In this document: positions 26,924 through 35,759 of the stretch, piece by piece
Layout: each line of letters opens with the position of its first letter
How positions within the stretch are numbered: the first letter of the stretch is position 1
From: Candidatus Lloydbacteria bacterium RIFCSPHIGHO2_02_FULL_50_18
Lineage (GTDB): Bacteria; Patescibacteriota; Minisyncoccia; Phycocordibacterales; UBA6899
Length of the DNA: 64,000 nt
NCBI GenBank assembly: GCA_001821395.1
Contig: MHLM01000001.1
Span: 64,001-128,000 of the forward strand
Direction of reading: 5' to 3'
Notes under the pieces: model-generated
The model's database searches: none
Told to the model about the DNA's origin: nothing
The model's input: the letters and a program-made list of their open reading frames with translations, nothing else
Program-made: the position numbers and the translations under genes

Positions 26924-29900
26924 ATGCATAATCTTTGGATATTTTTTTTAAAAAAGCGCGCTTTCACTTACATGCTGATGGCTGCACTTACAATAGGCGG
27001 GGTCTTCTCGCTTTCCGCGATACCGAAGGAATCAGCGCCTGAAGTCGTTATCCCGATTGGGATCGTCTCCACCACACTTCGCGGTGCGAGTGCGGAAGAT
27101 ATGGAAAAACTCGTCACAAACAAACTCGAAGATGAGATCGCAAATATAGAGAATATCGATACGGTCACCTCTTCATCGCGCGAAGGACTTTCGATCGTCA
27201 CCGCACAATTCAACGCAAAGGCTGATCTCGACAAATCGATCCAAGACCTCAAGGATGCCGTTGAGCGTGCAAAAACAGCCCTGCCAAACGATGCGGATAC
27301 ACCATCGGTTACCAGGGTGAATTTTTCAGACCAACCGATCCTTATCGTTTCAGCATCGACCGACATTCCTCAAATGGCGCTCACGCAGCTTGCACTTGAT
27401 CTGAAAAGTGAGCTGAAAAAGATCGGCGGCGTCTCAAAGGTCGAGATCTCAGGAACACGAAAACGAGAGGTCGGCATAGTGCTCCGGAAGCAACTGCTTG
27501 AAAAATACAACGTCAGCATCGATCAGGTCATGGGGGCGATCGGAGGCGCAAATGCGTCATTTCCCATCGGAAATATCACCGTCGCGGACATAGACTACCC
27601 CGTGAAATTCGCCGGATCGATCAATGAACCGAATGAGCTTCCCGATATCACCATCGCTTCGAAGAATGGGGTCCCCGTCTATCTCCGCGACATTGCATTC
27701 ATCGCAGACGGATTGGAGTCTCCGAAAACATTTTCCAGAGCTTCTGTCGGAGACGCTCCGTCCTCACAAGCGATCACGCTCTCTGTGTATAAAAAATCCG
27801 GAGGTGACGTAACGGTGATCGCGAGGGACGTGAACGCAAGGATACAAGAACTAAGCAAAACAATGCTTGAGGGCGCAGAGGTTGTTGTGTCGTTCGACCG
27901 AGGTGCACTTGTCCAAAAAGATCTTCGCGAGCTGACGCGCGTCGGGCTTGAAACCGTATCACTGGTGATGCTCATGCTCTTTCTCACGATCGGATGGCGT
28001 GAATCCATCGTTGCGGCACTTTCGATTCCGCTCTCTTTCGTGATCGGTTTTATCGGTCTGTATATATCGGGAAATACGATCAATTTTCTTTCACTATTCT
28101 CACTGATCCTTGCGATCGGTATCCTTGTTGACTCCGGTATCGTCATTACCGAGGCAATTCATACAAGATATAAACGCTATACAACTCCCGAGGAGGCTGC
28201 GATCGCATCGATCAAAGAATACGCATGGCCGCTCATCGCAGGTACGATGGCGACAGTGGCATTCTTTGCTCCGCTTTTTTTCCTGTCGGGCATTGTCGGT
28301 AAGTTCATCGCCTCGATCCCCTTCACGCTCATCTTTGTGCTCATTGCGTCACTCGCTGTCGCACTCGGCATGGTTCCGCTTTTAGCGATGGCGATAACGC
28401 GAGAACATAAAAATGCATTCGAGCAAGCGCAGGAAGAGTACTCGGCCAAGATCCAGGACTGGTACAAATCATTCCTTGGCCGCATCCTTGATGACCGTAA
28501 ACTGCAAGATCGCTTTCTATTCCTGATGGGTATCCTTTTTTTCATATCCATCTCACTTCCGATCATTGGGATAGTGAAAGTCTCATTTTTTCCCCAAGAT
28601 GATCAGGACTTCATCTATGTATCGATAGAAAAACCTCAGGGTACCCCGCTTACCGTTACCGATCTTTCAGCACGAGAGGTTGAAGAGTTTCTCTATGATT
28701 ATCCCTATGCCGAATCGTTCGTCACCACGGTCGGCGCAGGCTCTACTTTCAGCGGAAGCGGAGGAGGAAATACAACAAAACTCGCGAATATTACCGTGCT
28801 GCTTAAAAAAGATCGTACAAAGAATTCGACGGAAATAGTTGATGACCTGCGAATCAGACTTGCTCCAATCTCGAGCGCGGACGTTAAGGTCGAGCAGGGT
28901 AAGAACGGTCCTCCGTCAGGCAATCCCGTCGTAATAAAATTTCGCGGTGATGACCTGAATGCACTTACCATGGCTGCCACAAAAGCGGAAAAACAGCTCA
29001 GTGAAACACCGGGGGCGCTCGACGTGGAGACATCACTTCGAGACGACGGTACCCAGTTCACCATCACAATCGACCGCACAAAGGCCGCAGAGGTCGGGCT
29101 CACCGCCGCACGCATCGCTCAAATACTTCGCACTGCAGTATCAGGTGTAACTGCAACCACGATCACAAAACAAGAGAACGATATCAGCGTGCTCGTAAAA
29201 CTCGATCTCAATAGTGCCTTTGTTAATCCAGAGGACACCAATAAGACAACCGTCGACAGCATCAGACAGATACCAATTTCGACACCGAGGGGTACGGTGA
29301 TCATGGGATCATTGATCTCGATCAATGTCGAACAAAGTCATGCGGTCATCAGTCACGACGGGAGAAAACGCATTGTAACGGTTTCTGCTAATCTTAAAAC
29401 GGGAGCAACGGCACTTGAGGTCACGAGCGCCTTCGGTAAAAAGATGGATTTACTGGAGTTGCCAAAGGGGGTTGCGGTCGATTTCGGAGGTGAAAATGCT
29501 GACGTCAATAAAACATTCAAGGAAATGGGGTTCGCACTTCTTGCGGGGATACTGCTCGCACTGGCGATCCTCGTGCTTGAATTCAATTCATTCCGCTTTA
29601 CGCTTTACCTGATTCTGATCATCCCCCTTTCATTCATCGGCGTCCTCCTTGGTTTGGCGCTCTCCCAACAAGCACTATCGTTCTCTTCGATGCTCGGTGT
29701 GATCGCGCTTGCGGGAGTGATCATCAACCATGCGATCATTCTGCTCGATTCGGTGCTGCAGACACTAAGGGGAGAAAAAGGGCTTTCTCTGCGTGAAGCG
29801 GTCGTTACCGCTTCTGCGGTTCGCTTGCGACCCATCTTTCTGACTACGGTCACAACGGTCATTGGGATGATTCCACTCACTGCAGCGTCCGCACTATGGG

Positions 29901-30016
29901 GACCGCTCGCGTTCACCATCATGTTCGGTCTTGCATTTGCGATGGTCCTCACGCTCGTCTTCATTCCCGTCCTCTTCTATCGCTGGCCCGGAAACGAATT
30001 CTCACCGAAAAAGTAA
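26924..30016 (+). CDS. RND efflux transporter permease (AcrB/HAE1-like, 1030 aa)
   Basis: 12-TM topology with two large periplasmic loops. Conserved TM4 region 'ALSIPLSFVIGFIGLY...SLILAIGILVDSGIVITE' and duplicated C-terminal half. Confidence 0.85.
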   Translation: MHNLWIFFLKKRAFTYMLMAALTIGGVFSLSAIPKESAPEVVIPIGIVSTTLRGASAEDMEKLVTNKLEDEIANIENIDTVTSSSREGLSIVTAQFNAKADLDKSIQDLKDAVERAKTALPNDADTPSVTRVNFSDQPILIVSASTDIPQMALTQLALDLKSELKKIGGVSKVEISGTRKREVGIVLRKQLLEKYNVSIDQVMGAIGGANASFPIGNITVADIDYPVKFAGSINEPNELPDITIASKNGVPVYLRDIAFIADGLESPKTFSRASVGDAPSSQAITLSVYKKSGGDVTVIARDVNARIQELSKTMLEGAEVVVSFDRGALVQKDLRELTRVGLETVSLVMLMLFLTIGWRESIVAALSIPLSFVIGFIGLYISGNTINFLSLFSLILAIGILVDSGIVITEAIHTRYKRYTTPEEAAIASIKEYAWPLIAGTMATVAFFAPLFFLSGIVGKFIASIPFTLIFVLIASLAVALGMVPLLAMAITREHKNAFEQAQEEYSAKIQDWYKSFLGRILDDRKLQDRFLFLMGILFFISISLPIIGIVKVSFFPQDDQDFIYVSIEKPQGTPLTVTDLSAREVEEFLYDYPYAESFVTTVGAGSTFSGSGGGNTTKLANITVLLKKDRTKNSTEIVDDLRIRLAPISSADVKVEQGKNGPPSGNPVVIKFRGDDLNALTMAATKAEKQLSETPGALDVETSLRDDGTQFTITIDRTKAAEVGLTAARIAQILRTAVSGVTATTITKQENDISVLVKLDLNSAFVNPEDTNKTTVDSIRQIPISTPRGTVIMGSLISINVEQSHAVISHDGRKRIVTVSANLKTGATALEVTSAFGKKMDLLELPKGVAVDFGGENADVNKTFKEMGFALLAGILLALAILVLEFNSFRFTLYLILIIPLSFIGVLLGLALSQQALSFSSMLGVIALAGVIINHAIILLDSVLQTLRGEKGLSLREAVVTASAVRLRPIFLTTVTTVIGMIPLTAASALWGPLAFTIMFGLAFAMVLTLVFIPVLFYRWPGNEFSPKK

Positions 30017-30128
30017 ACAACAAAAATGCAAAATGATGCATGCGGAAACTTAAACCAAATGCAGCACGACTGATGACGAAAGTGATCATCCACTACTGAT
30101 GAAAGTAATTTGATCATTCAATCATCGA

Positions 30129-30179
30129 AATTTCAATTATGTAAATTGTATCGATAGCTTAAAATTACATAATTGAAAT
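30129..30179. repeat. AT-rich inverted repeat, 15-bp perfect arms 'atttcaattatgtaa'/'ttacataattgaaat', 21-bp loop
   Basis: Read directly. Lies between convergent RND operon end and a small membrane-protein gene. Confidence 0.6.
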
Positions 30180-30182
30180 AAT

Positions 30183-30205
30183 AAAAAACCGATGCGATGC
30201 ATCGG
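30183..30205 (-). terminator. Rho-independent terminator for the small membrane-protein gene (-)
   Basis: Hairpin 'ccgatgc-gat-gcatcgg' followed on the minus strand by UUUUUUAU. Confidence 0.6.
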
Positions 30206-30215
30206 TTCGTTCGTT

Positions 30216-30551
30216 CTACTTCTTCGGTCGCTTGAACAAATTGTCCATTTGTTCGGGAGTGGCAGCTTCCCCGGGCAAGTGGAGCGGTCTGTTCGTAATT
30301 TCAGGCAGACCAGCTTCCTGCTTACGCACAAGTGCTTCGAGCAGACGGATTACGTATAAAAATAATGCAAGAACGACCCCAGCAAATTGAAGCAATACCG
30401 CTACGGTCATCGCTTCCGGAAACATTGGCAACACAAACATAAACATCACGATAGCAGCGACTAACAGCCAAGTCACAAATCTTGGTAGGATAACTGAACG
30501 CGATTTCTTTGTATCCACAAATTTCTCCTTAAACAAAACTTCCACCTCCAT
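30216..30551 (-). CDS. Small two-TM membrane protein (~111 aa from internal Met)
   Basis: Hydrophobic segments 'VTWLLVAAIVMFMFVLPMF' and 'VAVLLQFAGVVLALFLYVI'. Track ORF extends to 30683 but the N-terminal 44 aa look non-coding. Palindromic operator-like site just upstream. Confidence 0.4.
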   Translation of the reverse strand: MEVEVLFKEKFVDTKKSRSVILPRFVTWLLVAAIVMFMFVLPMFPEAMTVAVLLQFAGVVLALFLYVIRLLEALVRKQEAGLPEITNRPLHLPGEAATPEQMDNLFKRPKK

Positions 30552-30599
30552 CACGCTACCCCATAAATCGCATAAGTCAAGAAAACACCCTTTGCGCCA

Positions 30600-30630
30600 T
30601 TTTTTGTCAAGGTTAAACCTTGACAAAAAA
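30600..30630. promoter_or_regulatory. Perfect 14-bp-arm palindrome 'tttttgtcaaggtt-a-aaccttgacaaaaa' containing two opposed TTGACA hexamers
   Basis: Read directly. Located 50-80 bp upstream of the small membrane-protein gene start and downstream of the 395-aa gene stop. Confidence 0.55.
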
Positions 30631-30761
30631 CATCGAAAATATGGCTTATTACCGTAAACACACTCGAGCCGGCCGTACTTCATTAGCTTTATCCGCCGTA
30701 TTTAATTAGCCTTGTAAATTATCAAATGACAATATTTCATTGCTTCTTATGAGCGGTCCTA

Positions 30762-31949
30762 CTAGCCTTCCGAGTGTAACCCTGCGGTGATCTTCGCAAG
30801 CAGTTCTTGTTTCTCTTCGTCAGTGATGTATTGCTCGGGGCCACCGGGGGGCATTCCTTCATCGAGCCATTGCGCATAGCGTTCGGATGCCTTGAGCCCC
30901 AAATTCACCAGTACGATGTCGTTGACCGGTCTTTTGATATACTTCTTTGCATCTTCATCCTTAAGCCTGTCGCGCGCAATTTTAAGCTGACCTTCTTTCT
31001 TGTCGAGAATATAACGCGCATTGCTGATGGTGAACTGAACGCCAACGCTTCTTTTTCCTGCCACGTACTCCTCGCGCTCCATACCTTCGGGGACGGTCGC
31101 GACTCCACGCGTCACCGTAGGCAGTACTATCTTGAAATCATATTTCAGCTCCGCGTCTTCACGGGCATTTGAATTTTCTATCTTAAAGTTTTCACCTGAA
31201 TCCTGTCGCCCTAACGCATAAAGAGTGTTCTTTGCCATTCGCTCTCCGATGATCCCGGCAATGCTCCCATTCGTGGGATTAAAGTGCTCAGCGAGCCACT
31301 CTCCGCTGATCGATGTGGTGGGCAAACTCAAACCCTCAACGCTGGCAATTTCGCGATTGATCACCTCGTCAATGTCACGTCGAGCTTCCGCGATATCCAT
31401 GTGTTTGCGGATACTTCTCCAGAGATGCTTAGGCACATCCGGAGAGGGTCGATACATCACCCCCCAATCGATATCGGTCGCAGGATTATCGAGGTGAAAC
31501 GGATGTACGGTGCCGTCTTCACCCACCGTATACAACGAGTCCCTCTCGGCATCATACGAAACAGTAGAGCGATGCGATTGCTCAGCCTCAGGATAGTCGA
31601 TACGCTGATCGATCTCGGCGAGACGTGAGGAGAACTTACGCATGATGCTTGTACGTTCCTCCAGAAATCGATCTGACTCAAGCTGCTCCTGTGCTTTTTT
31701 TTGGATCAACACGTTGCGATTCGCACGCGTCATGCGTGACTTCCCGGGAATATCTTCAATGTCTTCCCTCAGCCGTTCCTCCCAATAGTCCAGCCATCCT
31801 CTTCGCGTTGTCGGATGACCGAGATCTTCCGCAACATCTTCGGGGAGATCATATGTCGCCTCGCGATGAGATTCATCGCGCTCGACGGCCTCATACGACC
31901 TAACAAGGTCGATCGTTTGCTCATCTTCTCCGACATCAAATTTTTCCAT
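30762..31949 (-). CDS. Hypothetical highly charged soluble protein (395 aa), no recognisable domain
   Basis: Long uninterrupted ORF directly downstream (11 nt) of the nucleotidyltransferase gene on the same strand. Rich in D/E/R/K, no TM segments. Confidence 0.5.
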   Translation of the reverse strand: MEKFDVGEDEQTIDLVRSYEAVERDESHREATYDLPEDVAEDLGHPTTRRGWLDYWEERLREDIEDIPGKSRMTRANRNVLIQKKAQEQLESDRFLEERTSIMRKFSSRLAEIDQRIDYPEAEQSHRSTVSYDAERDSLYTVGEDGTVHPFHLDNPATDIDWGVMYRPSPDVPKHLWRSIRKHMDIAEARRDIDEVINREIASVEGLSLPTTSISGEWLAEHFNPTNGSIAGIIGERMAKNTLYALGRQDSGENFKIENSNAREDAELKYDFKIVLPTVTRGVATVPEGMEREEYVAGKRSVGVQFTISNARYILDKKEGQLKIARDRLKDEDAKKYIKRPVNDIVLVNLGLKASERYAQWLDEGMPPGGPEQYITDEEKQELLAKITAGLHSEG

Positions 31950-31959
31950 AATGTAAATT

Positions 31960-32658
31960 CTATCTTAAAAAATACTTTTGCGCTCGAATGAGATCATCCG
32001 GACCCGTGATCTGCATCCAATGTTCCGTTATGACAAGCGGAACGGGAATATGTTTTGCGATTACCGCAAGCGTGTGTGGTAAACCGAATTCTCCGGACGT
32101 TCCCCCGATCGGAACGGGAGGGATATCGAGTATCTCATGTCCCAACACATAGAGACCGGTATTCACTAAGCCGTCTGAGACCAAATGCTTTTCCTCTCTT
32201 ATGCCGACGAAATTCCCCTTATCGTCAACAAGCATTTCGCCCCCCATTGCTTTGTTGTGAACACGAGAAACACAAACACCCCACGGAAGTGCAATAAGCC
32301 TTCTAATGTCCTCTTTGGCATATAAGTCGTCACCCATCATCACCAAAAAACGTTCTCCAAGGAGCGGTTTTGCGGAAAGCAACGCGCCGGCAGTACCATT
32401 CAGATCTTCCTGCACGGCGTAACGTATCGTCCTGCCGCCCCAGGAATCTCCTAAATAGTCCTTGATTTGATTCCCCTGATGCCCTATGACCAAAATGACG
32501 TCCTTCACCTCACTCGGAAGTACTGCGAGCTTCCATTCAATAAGCGTTTTTCCATTCACCATCTGTAATGACTTTGGAGTGTCCTTGGTGAGCGGGTACA
32601 TCCTTGTTCCCCTTCCCGCTGCAAGAATAACCGCCTGAATGTTTTTTTCGTCTCCCAT
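31960..32658 (-). CDS. Sugar-phosphate nucleotidyltransferase (NTP_transferase fold)
   Basis: 'AVILAAGRGTRMYPLTKDTPKSLQMVNGKTLIEW' is the G-x-G-T-R-x(n)-PK signature of RmlA/GlmU-N/ManC-type enzymes. Confidence 0.75.
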   Translation of the reverse strand: MGDEKNIQAVILAAGRGTRMYPLTKDTPKSLQMVNGKTLIEWKLAVLPSEVKDVILVIGHQGNQIKDYLGDSWGGRTIRYAVQEDLNGTAGALLSAKPLLGERFLVMMGDDLYAKEDIRRLIALPWGVCVSRVHNKAMGGEMLVDDKGNFVGIREEKHLVSDGLVNTGLYVLGHEILDIPPVPIGGTSGEFGLPHTLAVIAKHIPVPLVITEHWMQITGPDDLIRAQKYFLR

Positions 32659-32838
32659 ACAACACAGTATATCATTACTTGTAAATACCAGTTTTGAGGG
32701 ATAAGTAGAACAATCGGTGTCGAAATCCTGATATGTTCATATACATATATTCACCGTTCGTCCAACACCATCTTCTCCACTCGATTTCCCCTGTTTGCTG
32801 TTTGTGAAAATTTTCGTCTCGCATGCTAAAATGTCGAC

Positions 32839-34230
32839 ATGAAAAGCCCGTACATCTCAACCTCGCCCACAGGGCTTCGCCTCCCCCCTCAGCATATCGA
32901 ATCTGAACAAGCACTCCTAGGTGCGATCCTCATTCGTACCGATTCGCTCTATGAGATATCTGACGCACTGCAATCGGAAATGTTCTACGCAGAAAAGCAT
33001 CGCATCATCTACGAGGCAATGCTCGATCTCCATCGAAAGCACGAGCCGATCGACCTCCTTACGCTCGCAGCAAGACTGGAAGAGCGCTCACACCTCGACC
33101 CTATCGGCGGTCGAGCATATCTCGTCGAGCTCGCCGGTATGGTTCCCTCATCAGCAAACGCAAAGTACTACGCCGAAACAGTGCACAAGAAGCATGTCTT
33201 ACGAAACTTGATCCATACGGCAGATCAAGTGTCCGAACTTGGATACAAAGAAGAACTACCACTAGAGGAAATACTCGATGAAGCAGAGAGCAAGATCTAT
33301 TCCGTCACCAACATCTCCTCAGGAAAAGGTATTCAAAACATCAAGGACGCCCTTGTGGAAGCGTGGGCACGCATCGAGAAGATTCACGAAGAAAAGGACG
33401 GGCTTCGCGGAGTACCAACGGGATTCCCAAGTCTCGACAAGATGCTCTCAGGTCTTCAGAAGTCAGACCTTATCATTCTTGCGGCGCGTCCATCAGTCGG
33501 TAAGACGACGCTCGCCCTCGACATCGCACGGCGTGCAGCCGTCGATCACAATATTCCCGTTGGCATCTTCTCTTTGGAAATGAGCTCGCAGCAGTTGATC
33601 GACCGCATGCTTGCGGCTGAAAGTTCGATCGACGCATGGAAACTTCGCACGGGAAAACTTTCGAAAGATCATGAGTTCGCATATCTGCGCGAAGGACTCG
33701 ATCGTCTTTCAAAAGCCCCGATCTTCATCAACGACCAAGCCGGTATCAACATCATGAACATGCGCTCCGCGGTTCGCCGCATGAAGAGCGAGCATAACCT
33801 CGGACTCGTCATCGTCGACTACCTTCAGCTGATGACTCCGCTCCACTCAACGGACTCGATGGTGCAGCAGGTCACGGAAATTTCTCGGTCTCTCAAGGGC
33901 CTCGCTAAAGACCTCGACGTGCCAGTACTAGCCCTCTCGCAGCTCTCACGTGCCGTTGAGGCGCGCGGAGGACGCCCAAGGCTATCCGACCTTCGCGACT
34001 CAGGTTCGATCGAGCAAGACGCCGACGTCGTCATGTTCATTCATCGTGAGGACAAGGCAAACAAAGACAAGGTGTCAGAAAAGCCGAATATCGCCGAGAT
34101 CATGATCGAAAAACATCGTAACGGACCCACGGGAATGGTCGAACTCTTCTTTGACGAGAAGCACACTACGTTCCGCGAAATAGACAAAAGCCACGGGGGT
34201 GGCGCTGAGTCTTTTGACGACGTCTTTTAG
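32839..34230 (+). CDS. dnaB: Replicative DNA helicase DnaB
   Basis: N-terminal 'PQHIESEQALLGAIL' DnaB N-domain. Walker A 'ARPSVGKTTLALDIA', Walker B 'LVIVDYLQLM', arginine finger region. 463 aa. Confidence 0.9.
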   Translation: MKSPYISTSPTGLRLPPQHIESEQALLGAILIRTDSLYEISDALQSEMFYAEKHRIIYEAMLDLHRKHEPIDLLTLAARLEERSHLDPIGGRAYLVELAGMVPSSANAKYYAETVHKKHVLRNLIHTADQVSELGYKEELPLEEILDEAESKIYSVTNISSGKGIQNIKDALVEAWARIEKIHEEKDGLRGVPTGFPSLDKMLSGLQKSDLIILAARPSVGKTTLALDIARRAAVDHNIPVGIFSLEMSSQQLIDRMLAAESSIDAWKLRTGKLSKDHEFAYLREGLDRLSKAPIFINDQAGINIMNMRSAVRRMKSEHNLGLVIVDYLQLMTPLHSTDSMVQQVTEISRSLKGLAKDLDVPVLALSQLSRAVEARGGRPRLSDLRDSGSIEQDADVVMFIHREDKANKDKVSEKPNIAEIMIEKHRNGPTGMVELFFDEKHTTFREIDKSHGGGAESFDDVF

Positions 34231-34256
34231 GGGATAAATGTGCTAATCTACAGCCT

Positions 34257-34874
34257 ATGGATCCGATCAATAGATTAGCGGCACTTTTTGCTGAATTCCC
34301 CGGAATCGGAGGAAGACAGTCTAAGCGCTTCGTTTTTCACCTCATCAAGAGGGATAAGGCCTATATCAATGAGCTAGTGAAGCTCATCCAATCGCTTCAG
34401 AGTTCGGTGTTCGAATGCACCCGCTGTCATCGCTACTTTATGAAAAAGTATCCGGATGCTCCGGAGGAATGTTTCATTTGCATCGACACGAGCCGTGATC
34501 ATCACACGCTGATGGTTGTCGAAAAAGATTCTGATCTAGAGGCAGTGGAGCGTAGCGGGACATATAAAGGTCTCTACTTCGTACTTGGCGGTACCCTCAC
34601 TATCCTTGAAAAAGACCCGAGTAGAAAGCTGCGGTTCAATGCCCTCCTTGATCTTGTGTCTCAAGAAAAAGATACGATCGAAGAAGTGATCATCGCCTGT
34701 GCGGTAACTCCGGAAAGTGAGCATACGTCCGAATACGTGGAGAGCATGCTTCTCCCCCTCATCCATGAGACCAATACCAAGATCACTCATCTTGGGCGCG
34801 GACTCTCGACCGGCACCGAGCTTGAATACTCCGATGCCGACACGCTTCGCTACGCACTGGAAGGAAGGAAATGA
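34257..34874 (+). CDS. recR: Recombination protein RecR
   Basis: HhH 'FPGIGGRQSKRFVFHL', C4 zinc finger 'CTRCHRYF...CFIC', Toprim domain. 205 aa. Confidence 0.85.
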   Translation: MDPINRLAALFAEFPGIGGRQSKRFVFHLIKRDKAYINELVKLIQSLQSSVFECTRCHRYFMKKYPDAPEECFICIDTSRDHHTLMVVEKDSDLEAVERSGTYKGLYFVLGGTLTILEKDPSRKLRFNALLDLVSQEKDTIEEVIIACAVTPESEHTSEYVESMLLPLIHETNTKITHLGRGLSTGTELEYSDADTLRYALEGRK

Positions 34875-34913
34875 ACCTCCCCAGGGCTTATGCCGCAGAA
34901 GATTTGTGGGGGC

Positions 34914-34946
34914 GAACAAAAAACACGCCCTTATAATGGGCGTGCT
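34914..34946 (-). terminator. Rho-independent terminator for the zinc-ribbon gene (-)
   Basis: Hairpin 'cacgccc-ttataat-gggcgtg'. On the minus strand it is followed by UUUUUUGUU. Confidence 0.65.
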
Positions 34947-34954
34947 AACGTGAC

Positions 34955-35188
34955 TCAATGCACAAGTTTCTCGGGCGGACGAAGCGATCCATTACAGAGG
35001 ACCTTGATCGTGACGCCGGTTGTTTGCGCAACTATCTTCGTCGTTTTGTGTCCGTCGACCGCCCCGTGCGGTGCACAAAGGTAGGAGGGTTCACTCTTCG
35101 CATTCTTTTTGATCCCACTTTCCGGAGAGCAAGTGAGTTTTGCGAGCAAGGTAGGCTCTCCACATTCAGGACAAATTCCTTTTTGCAT
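34955..35188 (-). CDS. Small zinc-ribbon protein (77 aa, 'CPECG...C...CAPHG')
   Basis: Strong RBS 'aaggag' 7 nt upstream of ATG. Own terminator downstream. Occupies the position downstream of rplU where rpmA normally sits. Confidence 0.45.
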   Translation of the reverse strand: MQKGICPECGEPTLLAKLTCSPESGIKKNAKSEPSYLCAPHGAVDGHKTTKIVAQTTGVTIKVLCNGSLRPPEKLVH

Positions 35189-35244
35189 ACTAACTCCTTA
35201 ACGTTGAGGATGATCATCTGTACAAAAGCTAGCACTCACAAGAT

Positions 35245-35280
35245 AAAAAACAAGTCCTCGCAAGAGGACTTTTGTTTTTT
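35245..35280. terminator. Bidirectional terminator abutting rplU stop
   Basis: 'aaaaaac-aagtcctc-gcaa-gaggactt-ttgtttttt'. Confidence 0.7.
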
Positions 35281-35623
35281 AGCCGATCGATTCGATCTTC
35301 ACCTCAGTGAAGGGCTGACGATGACCGTTCTTCTTGTAGTAACGACTCTTTGCACGATACTTAACGACCATCACCTTCTTGTGGCGTCCGTCGCCCACAA
35401 CCGATGCTGAGACCTTTGCTCCCGGGATATAAGGTGCTCCAACTGTTGTAGCCCCCTCACTGTCCATTAAAAGCACCTGATCAAAGACGATCTTGGTTCC
35501 AACCTCGTTAACCAAGGCTGGTTCGTTAGGCTTTGCCTCTTGAGATAATTTCTCAATTTTGAGGACATCGCCCACTTCAACCTTATACTGCTTTCCCCCT
35601 GTTTGTATTACTGCGAATGACAT
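35279..35623 (-). CDS. rplU: 50S ribosomal protein L21
   Basis: 'MSFAVIQTGGKQYKVEVGDVLKIEKL' is the L21 N-terminus. 114 aa. Confidence 0.9.
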   Translation of the reverse strand: MSFAVIQTGGKQYKVEVGDVLKIEKLSQEAKPNEPALVNEVGTKIVFDQVLLMDSEGATTVGAPYIPGAKVSASVVGDGRHKKVMVVKYRAKSRYYKKNGHRQPFTEVKIESIG

Positions 35624-35759
35624 AGTGGAGCCATTCTACATGCTTTTTTATATATTGCAAATAGCCGGTACTTGACATAATAATATAAGATGGCATTATT
35701 TGCCCGCTCGTGAGCGCACACTGCAGAAGAGCGAAAGGATGTACCCGTCAAAAATCCAT

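Noticed and set aside
35032-35235. 67-aa minus-strand ORF overlapping the zinc-ribbon gene
   Set aside because: Overlaps 34955-35188 out of frame. The latter has a canonical AAGGAG RBS and Cys-ribbon motif, whereas this one runs through the rplU terminator hairpin.
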